DNA of 64,000 nucleotides from Candidatus Moraniibacteriota bacterium (GTDB lineage Bacteria; Patescibacteriota; Minisyncoccia; Moranbacterales; UBA1568): NCBI GenBank assembly GCA_043743535.1, contig JAYTWI010000009.1, positions 3,407 to 67,406 of the forward strand, read 5' to 3'. Shown piece by piece: positions 58,388 to 64,000 of this stretch (position 1 is its first letter; each line of letters starts with the position of its first letter). The notes under the pieces were generated by a model. It saw only the letters and a program-made list of their open reading frames with translations, ran no database searches and was not told where the DNA came from. The position numbers and the translations under genes were made by a program.

Positions 58388-58693
58388 ATGAAAATTAAGA
58401 AAGGCGATAAAGTACAACTGATGGCGGGTAAGGACCGCGGCAAGCAAGGAGAAGTCCTTGTTGTGTTCCCCGTGCTCGAAAAAGTCATTGTCAAGGGAGC
58501 TAACATGATGAAGCGTCACATCCGAGCCAAGAAAGACGGTCAGAAGGGTGAGCGTATTGAAAAAGAGGCTCCAATCCATATTTCCAATGTGATGCTCCTC
58601 TGTCCACACACCAACAAGCCGACCCGTGTCGGGTATCAGATGGAAGGCGGAGAAAAGGTACGGATGAGTGTACGGGCTAAGAAGGCTATCTAG
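58388..58693 (+). CDS. rplX: 50S ribosomal protein L24
   Basis: MKIKKGDKVQLMAGKDRGKQGEVL KOW motif. Confidence 0.9.
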   Translation: MKIKKGDKVQLMAGKDRGKQGEVLVVFPVLEKVIVKGANMMKRHIRAKKDGQKGERIEKEAPIHISNVMLLCPHTNKPTRVGYQMEGGEKVRMSVRAKKAI

Positions 58694-58703
58694 TCAAGAA
58701 ATT

Positions 58704-59267
58704 ATGAAAACTCCATTAGTGAAGACAACTTATAGCGAAAAAGCCATTCCTGGTCTGAAGAAAGACCTCGGCTTGAAGAACCCGCTTTCTGTGCCGCGCA
58801 TTGCCAAAGTGGTGGTCAATGTCGGGGTGGGAAAGATTTTGAAAGACCAGAAACGGGTAGACGAAGTGATTAAGTCTCTCGAGGCTATTACTGGCCAGAA
58901 GGTGCTTATGACCAAGGCGCGCAAGGCTATTGCTGGTTTCAAAATTCGTGAGGATTTGGAAATTGGTGCTCGCACGACTCTTCATGGGAAGCATATGTGG
59001 GCATTTCTCGACCGACTCTTCAATATCGCTTTGCCACGTGTCCGTGATTTCCAGGGCATTCCAAAGAAAGCAGTTGACCATGCAGGCAATCTCAACCTCG
59101 GTATCAAAGATCATTCCATTTTTTCAGAAATTGTTCCAGAGAAGATTCAGCACGTATTCAGTTTTCAGGTGACAGTAGTAACGACCGCCAAGAACAAAGA
59201 GGAAGGAGAAGTACTCTTTCGTTACCTCGGTGTACCTCTAAAGCAGAACGAAACTAACGATAAATAA
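58704..59267 (+). CDS. rplE: 50S ribosomal protein L5
   Basis: [19 protein letters not shown]..., [11 protein letters not shown]. Confidence 0.9.
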   Translation: MKTPLVKTTYSEKAIPGLKKDLGLKNPLSVPRIAKVVVNVGVGKILKDQKRVDEVIKSLEAITGQKVLMTKARKAIAGFKIREDLEIGARTTLHGKHMWAFLDRLFNIALPRVRDFQGIPKKAVDHAGNLNLGIKDHSIFSEIVPEKIQHVFSFQVTVVTTAKNKEEGEVLFRYLGVPLKQNETNDK

Positions 59268-59272
59268 CGTAT

Positions 59273-59458
59273 ATGGCCAAGACATCCACTCGAGCGAGAG
59301 CGCTTAAAACTCCGAAGTTTTCCACCCGTATTGTCAGGCGGTGTTGGAAGTGTGGTCGTAAGCGAGGATATTTGCGTCAGTACGACCTGTGTCGTATCTG
59401 TTTCCGTGAATTGGCCACGACGGGTCAGATTCCGGGAGTGAAGAAGGCCTCGTGGTAA
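59273..59458 (+). CDS. rpsN: 30S ribosomal protein S14 (type Z, zinc-binding)
   Basis: 61 aa; [23 protein letters not shown] CxxC...CxxC. Confidence 0.9.
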   Translation: MAKTSTRARALKTPKFSTRIVRRCWKCGRKRGYLRQYDLCRICFRELATTGQIPGVKKASW

Positions 59459-59487
59459 TTGAAGAAGCTAACAGCTAGTAAAGAATT

Positions 59488-59892
59488 ATGCTTGATCCAA
59501 TCGCAGACATGTTAACAAGAATTCGTAACGCTCAGGCCGCTGGCCACGCGCAGGTAATTTTTCGCGCCTCAAAATTGAAACGGGTGATTGCTGAGATTCT
59601 GGAGCGTGAAGGTTTCGTGGCTCGTGTCGAAAAACAGGCCGACCTCAAAGGGGAAACATTGTGTGTTTGGCTCAAGTATACGGAAGTGTCTGCTACCAAG
59701 AAAGAACCGGCCATCCGAGAAATCACTCGAGTCAGTAAACAGGGCTGTCGCATTTATGTCAAAAGTCATGATGTCAAGAAAGTGAAGAACGGATATGGTA
59801 TCGCTATCGTCTCGACATCACAAGGGGTAATGACTGGCGGCGAAGCGTACTCCAAGGGTTTGGGCGGTGAATACATTTGTAAAGTGTGGTAA
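59488..59892 (+). CDS. rpsH: 30S ribosomal protein S8
   Basis: MLDPIADMLTRIRNAQAAGH. Confidence 0.9.
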   Translation: MLDPIADMLTRIRNAQAAGHAQVIFRASKLKRVIAEILEREGFVARVEKQADLKGETLCVWLKYTEVSATKKEPAIREITRVSKQGCRIYVKSHDVKKVKNGYGIAIVSTSQGVMTGGEAYSKGLGGEYICKVW

Positions 59893-59921
59893 TTGAAACG
59901 ACCAGCTAATAGCCAAGATAT

Positions 59922-60458
59922 ATGAGTAGAATTGGAAAAAAACCAGTCAGCATTCCAGAAGGGGTAACCGTGACACTCGACAAGAATGTCATCTCTGTTC
60001 AGGGTGCCAAGGGGACACTGATATTTTCCCATCGACGGGAAGTAAAAGTTACCCAAGAAGAAAAGTCGGTGCAGGTGGCTAAAGTTGGTGAGACCAAGAA
60101 AGCTCAGGCTATTTGGGGAACAACCGCTAAAATGATTGCTAATATGATTACTGGTGTCACCTCTGGTTTTCAGAAACAGCTGGAATTGAATGGTGTCGGG
60201 TACCGAATGAATGTGGCTGGCCGGCAAGTGAATCTAGCCTTAGGTTTTTCACACCCGGTGGAGATGACCATCCCAGAAGGACTGGAAGCGAAGATTGAAG
60301 GGAATATCCTCACGGTCACTGGCATTGATAAGCAGCTGGTAGGTGAATTTACAGCCGTGGTGCGCAAATTGAAACCGGTCGAGCCGTATAAAGGCAAAGG
60401 ATTCCGTTACGTCGGTGAGATAGTACGCCGTAAGGAAGGGAAGAAGGCTGCCGCCTAA
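59922..60458 (+). CDS. rplF: 50S ribosomal protein L6
   Basis: MSRIGKKPVSIPEGVTVTLDKNVISVQGAKGTL. Confidence 0.9.
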   Translation: MSRIGKKPVSIPEGVTVTLDKNVISVQGAKGTLIFSHRREVKVTQEEKSVQVAKVGETKKAQAIWGTTAKMIANMITGVTSGFQKQLELNGVGYRMNVAGRQVNLALGFSHPVEMTIPEGLEAKIEGNILTVTGIDKQLVGEFTAVVRKLKPVEPYKGKGFRYVGEIVRRKEGKKAAA

Positions 60459-60507
60459 AAATGTAAAGTTTTGAAGCAGTGTCAGTTTTGGAATAAATGT
60501 CAAGATT

Positions 60508-60864
60508 ATGTTAAAGAGACAAGTGAAAAAAGTAAAACGTTTTGAGCGTAAGCGGCGCGTGCGAGCTAAGATTTCTGGCACCGCACTTTGTCCGCGCGTC
60601 TCTATTTTTCGAAGCCTGAAAAGCGTCTCGGTACAGGCGATTGATGATGAGGCAGGGAAGACTTTGACCCAGGCAACGCTTTTGGAGCTCGGGAAGAAAG
60701 TGACTAATACAGTCGCGGGAGCAGCAGCAGTCGGCAAGCTTTTGGCCAAACGTCTGGAAACGATCGGAGTGGAGAAAGCAGTTTTCGATCGTTCTGGGTA
60801 CAAGTATCATGGCAAAGTGAAAGCGGTGGCCGAAGCGTTGCGTGAGCACGGCATTAACATCTAA
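60508..60864 (+). CDS. rplR: 50S ribosomal protein L18
   Basis: RKRRVRAKISGTALCPRVSIFRSLKSVSVQAIDD. Confidence 0.9.
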   Translation: MLKRQVKKVKRFERKRRVRAKISGTALCPRVSIFRSLKSVSVQAIDDEAGKTLTQATLLELGKKVTNTVAGAAAVGKLLAKRLETIGVEKAVFDRSGYKYHGKVKAVAEALREHGINI

Positions 60865-60888
60865 GTAAACGGATAGCCCACTCTATAT

Positions 60889-61422
60889 ATGGCAAAGCAA
60901 GGAAAAAAAATGACGCGACGTGAGAAGCCGGAGTTCGACCAGAAGCTCCTCAATCTGGCTCGTGTTACCCGTGTGGTGAAGGGTGGTCGTCGTTTTCGTT
61001 TCCGTGCGACTCTGGTAATTGGCAACCGCAAGGGGAAGGTGGGGGTCGGAGTGGCTAAGGGTTCCGATGTTTCTGATGCTATCAAGAAGGCTTACAATGA
61101 CGCTCAGAAGAATATGGTTGTCATAGAGCTAAACGGGGGCACCATAACGCATGACGTGACAGCCAAGTTAGGCAGTGCACGCGTGCTTCTCAGGCCCGCT
61201 TCTGAAGGTCGGGGAGTAATCGCGGGCGGTGCCGTCCGAGCGGTGGTAGATCTTTTGGGAGTGAAAGATATCGTTTCCAAGTCACTTGGCGCGTCGAATC
61301 CACTCAATGTGGCGCGAGTGACGATTAAAGCGCTCAAGATGCTGAAAGCGCCCCGTGTTCCCAAAGCGCCAAAAGGCGAACAAAAAACGGAAGTCGCCAC
61401 AGTTTTAGTTGCTACCGCCTAA
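60889..61422 (+). CDS. rpsE: 30S ribosomal protein S5
   Basis: LLNLARVTRVVKGGRRFRFRATLVIGNRKGKVGVGVAKG. Confidence 0.9.
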   Translation: MAKQGKKMTRREKPEFDQKLLNLARVTRVVKGGRRFRFRATLVIGNRKGKVGVGVAKGSDVSDAIKKAYNDAQKNMVVIELNGGTITHDVTAKLGSARVLLRPASEGRGVIAGGAVRAVVDLLGVKDIVSKSLGASNPLNVARVTIKALKMLKAPRVPKAPKGEQKTEVATVLVATA

Positions 61423-61453
61423 TCTAAGCTCACCTTTGTAATCGGAGAAGTTT

Positions 61454-61876
61454 ATGCAAATCCATCAACTCAAAGTAGCCAAAAAGAAACTGCGTAAGCG
61501 TATCGGACGCGGCGGCAAGACCGGTACGACCGCTGGTCGTGGTTCTAACGGACAGAAGTCTCGTTCGGGAGCGAAAGTCGATCCGCTCTTTGAAGGTGGT
61601 CGCTCGACGCTTTTGGAACGCATGAAAAAAGTGCGCGGTTTCAAATCCATCCATCCCAAGAAAGAAACGATCACTTTGGGTACACTTGAACGCGCCCTCT
61701 CAGACGGTGATACGGTTACCGTGGCTCTACTCATAGCAAAACGTTTAGTTTCCAAAAGTGCCTTGCATAGTGGAGTAAAGATTGTAGCCACTGGTGTGCT
61801 AAAGAAAAAACTGATCTTAGGGGGTGACGTTTTAGTCTCTGCCAAGGCTAAGGAGGCTTTCGTCACTGCCGAATAA
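61454..61876 (+). CDS. rplO: 50S ribosomal protein L15 (directly after rpsE; no rpmD/L30 gene)
   Basis: KVAKKKLRKRIGRGGKTGTTAGRGSNGQKSRSG; only 31 nt separate it from rpsE. Confidence 0.9.
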   Translation: MQIHQLKVAKKKLRKRIGRGGKTGTTAGRGSNGQKSRSGAKVDPLFEGGRSTLLERMKKVRGFKSIHPKKETITLGTLERALSDGDTVTVALLIAKRLVSKSALHSGVKIVATGVLKKKLILGGDVLVSAKAKEAFVTAE

Positions 61877-61989
61877 GATGGGGGTTCGTCCGTTCGGCAC
61901 TTAAGTGTCTGTTGTTGGCGTGAGGTTCTTCAAATGGTTCCCCAAGTGCGCTATACTGAACGTTGTCACTTCCATTTCACGAAATACAA

Positions 61990-63261
61990 ATGAACGAGAC
62001 TTTTCTCAACATTTTTCGAGTCAAGGAGCTTCGTGATAAGATTCTTTTTATCCTGGCTCTCTTGGTCGTCTATCGTCTGGCTGCCAACATCCCTCTTCCC
62101 GGAGTGGATGTTTTGGCCTTGAAGCGGCTGTTTGATCAAAATGCTTTTCTTGGTCTCTTGAATGTCTTTTCAGGCGGCGGTTTGTCAAATATTTCTATCG
62201 TTCTTTTGGGGGTGGCACCGTACATCACGGCGTCGATTATCATGCAGCTGTTGACCACGCTCATCCCTACGCTAGAGCGGTTATATAAGGAAGAAGGGGA
62301 ACAGGGGCGGCAGAAATTTAATATGTGGACACGTTGGTTGACTTTGCCCTTGGCGGCGCTCCAGTCTTTTAGTATGCTTTCGCTTCTACGCTCCCAGAAC
62401 ATTTTGGGAGACATTACGCCTTTTACCATGACAGTTATCATCATTTGTGCTACCGCCGGCACGATTTTCCTTATGTGGTTGGGCGAGCTCATTACCGAAA
62501 AAGGGTTGGGGAATGGTGTCTCGGTGATTATTTTTGCGGGTATCGTTTCCAGTTTGCCGACGAATTTATCGCGTTTTGTGTCTACCTGGGATTCTTCGCA
62601 GATTTTCACTTATCTGATATTTTTTGCTTTGGCAGCCGTGACCGTTGCTGCCGTTATATTTATCAATGAAGGCCAGAGGACTATCCCAGTGGCCTATGCT
62701 AAACGAGTGCGTGGAGCTCAGGTTTATGGGGGATCGGCTACTCATTTACCGCTCAAGGTCAATCAGGCCGGAGTGATCCCGATTATTTTTGCCGTTTCGA
62801 TCATCCTCATTCCAACCATGGTAGCAAATTTTTTGGCCCGTAGCGCCAATGTCCATGTAGCGAGTATCGCGGTGAGCGTTTCGTCCTGGCTCCAGAATCA
62901 GTGGGTGTACGGTGGCGCCTACTTCATTTTGGTAGTGCTCTTTACGTATTTCTATACCGCTGTAGTTTTCGATCCAGTCAAGATTTCCGAGAATCTCCAG
63001 AAGCAGGGTGGCTATGTGCCAGGTATTCGTCCTGGTTCGGCCACTGCTGATTATCTGTATCACATTATCAACCGTATCACGCTGGCGGGCTCGCTGTTCT
63101 TGGGGGGCATTGCTGTTCTGCCATTTGTAGTCCAAGCAGTGACAGGCATCCAGGCCTTCTCCTTGGGCGGGGTGAGCATTTTGATTGTGGTCTCAGTAGT
63201 GCTCGAGACGGTCAAACATATCCAGAGTCAGCTGACGATGCGTAGCTACGAAAGTTTTTAA
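61990..63261 (+). CDS. secY: preprotein translocase subunit SecY
   Basis: ten TM helices, ELRDKILFILALLVVYRLAANIPLPGVD, GGYVPGIRPG. Confidence 0.95.
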   Translation: MNETFLNIFRVKELRDKILFILALLVVYRLAANIPLPGVDVLALKRLFDQNAFLGLLNVFSGGGLSNISIVLLGVAPYITASIIMQLLTTLIPTLERLYKEEGEQGRQKFNMWTRWLTLPLAALQSFSMLSLLRSQNILGDITPFTMTVIIICATAGTIFLMWLGELITEKGLGNGVSVIIFAGIVSSLPTNLSRFVSTWDSSQIFTYLIFFALAAVTVAAVIFINEGQRTIPVAYAKRVRGAQVYGGSATHLPLKVNQAGVIPIIFAVSIILIPTMVANFLARSANVHVASIAVSVSSWLQNQWVYGGAYFILVVLFTYFYTAVVFDPVKISENLQKQGGYVPGIRPGSATADYLYHIINRITLAGSLFLGGIAVLPFVVQAVTGIQAFSLGGVSILIVVSVVLETVKHIQSQLTMRSYESF

Positions 63262-63298
63262 TGGAATCTTGGAAGTTAAATATTATTTTTTTCATACA

Positions 63299-63961
63299 AT
63301 GCCCCTTAAAGATACCTACATTTTGCTTGGATCGGCCGGGAGCGGCAAGAGCACCCAGGCGGAGCTTTTGAAGAGTTCGCTTCATTTGGCTCATATCGAT
63401 ATCGGAGCTGAATTGCGGGCAGTAGCCTCGCAGCAGAGTGATTTGGGTCGTCAGGTCAACGACATCATTAATACCAGGCACGAGTTCGTACCTGATGAAG
63501 TGGTATTTGCCGTGCTGACTGACGCGGTAGAGGCAGTCCCCGAGACGGTGGGGCTGCTCATTGATGGTATCCCGCGGCGGGAGTCGCAGATTGTTGAGGT
63601 ATTACGAGTGCTGAAAGAGAGTGGGCGCACCTTAAACAAAGTGATTTTTATTGATGTCCCGGAGGCGGTGTCAGTGGAGCGTATTTCTAAGCGTTACGCC
63701 TGTCAGGGTTGTAAGCGTACGTATATTTTGGGTAAGAATTTGATTGCCAGTGAGAAGCCTTGCCGTTACTGTGGTGGAAAAATCGCTCAGCGTAGAGATG
63801 ATACGGCAGAAGGAGTGCGAAAGCGTCACCAGATTTTTCATCAAGAGACGCTTTCGGTGGTGCAATATTTTTCCGGCACTGGACACTTGCTTACTGTGGA
63901 TGGTAATCAGGAAACATACAAAGTTTTTAAGTTTATTCTTGAGCATCTCCGTCCCGAATAG
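63299..63961 (+). CDS. adk: adenylate kinase (zinc-binding LID)
   Basis: ILLGSAGSGKSTQAELL P-loop, LID CQGCKRTY...CRYCGG. Confidence 0.9.
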   Translation: MPLKDTYILLGSAGSGKSTQAELLKSSLHLAHIDIGAELRAVASQQSDLGRQVNDIINTRHEFVPDEVVFAVLTDAVEAVPETVGLLIDGIPRRESQIVEVLRVLKESGRTLNKVIFIDVPEAVSVERISKRYACQGCKRTYILGKNLIASEKPCRYCGGKIAQRRDDTAEGVRKRHQIFHQETLSVVQYFSGTGHLLTVDGNQETYKVFKFILEHLRPE

Positions 63962-64000
63962 AAGGAAAAATAATGGCTAAACAATGGATCAAAACTGAAG

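Noticed and set aside
1-64000. CRISPR arrays, integrase, transposase or prophage structural genes
   Set aside because: I looked for short regularly spaced direct repeats and for recombinase/transposase-like ORFs. None were found. The only repeat family is the dispersed 85-bp element.

Overview
This 64-kb window reads as a core chromosomal region of a small-genome bacterium at roughly 50% GC. It carries rpoB-rpoC, ftsK, rodZ, recA, rpsF-ssb-rpsR, efp, gyrB, rplY/pth, an LCP protein, lepB, hisS, ybeY, ftsA-ftsZ, nrdR, comEC, ndk, rpmB, and the str cluster (rpsL-rpsG-fusA ... tuf) followed by an S10/spc/secY-adk ribosomal cluster. That cluster has no rpmD (L30) between rpsE and rplO, and no rplI follows rpsR. 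Together with a large LTD/PKD surface protein, this fits Patescibacteria/CPR (inference). Promoters close to the sigma70 consensus (TTGACA-17-TATAAT types) and classical rho-independent terminators are easy to read throughout.

The most notable non-core content:
1. An ~85-bp intergenic repeat family with a conserved 24-bp perfect palindrome, in 7 copies (5 near-full length, 1 degenerate, 1 deletion derivative), mostly sitting at gene 3' ends next to terminators.
2. A tRNA-Pro(GGG) followed by a 47-bp perfect direct duplicate of its 3' half. The two copies bracket a 314-bp insert made of hairpin-rich modules, one carrying a diverged tRNA-3'-half-like tail, and the insert also carries a copy of the repeat family. 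This looks like the footprint of a small integrating or mobile element.
3. A strongly AT-rich (~30% GC) three-gene island at the window start. One of its proteins carries an RNxxxHxF (HEPN-like) motif, which makes a defence or abortive-infection function possible.
4. A 604-aa protein whose C-terminal domain has a caspase/CHAT-like His...QAC(S)IGG catalytic-dyad pattern. It is translationally coupled to a membrane-anchored Amidase_2 that sits downstream of a YqjE(holin-like)/YqjD(DUF883) pair.
5. A GC-rich, promoter-to-terminator small-ORF cassette upstream of tRNA-Pro. A GC-rich minus-strand gene with beta-carbonic-anhydrase-like Cys/His motifs lies elsewhere, at ~22 kb.
6. An orphan gene with its own promoter, RBS and terminator inserted between fusA and tuf.
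7. A ~300-nt highly structured intergenic segment upstream of rpoB that I could not assign to RNase P, tmRNA, SRP or 6S RNA.

No CRISPR array, integrase or transposase was found.
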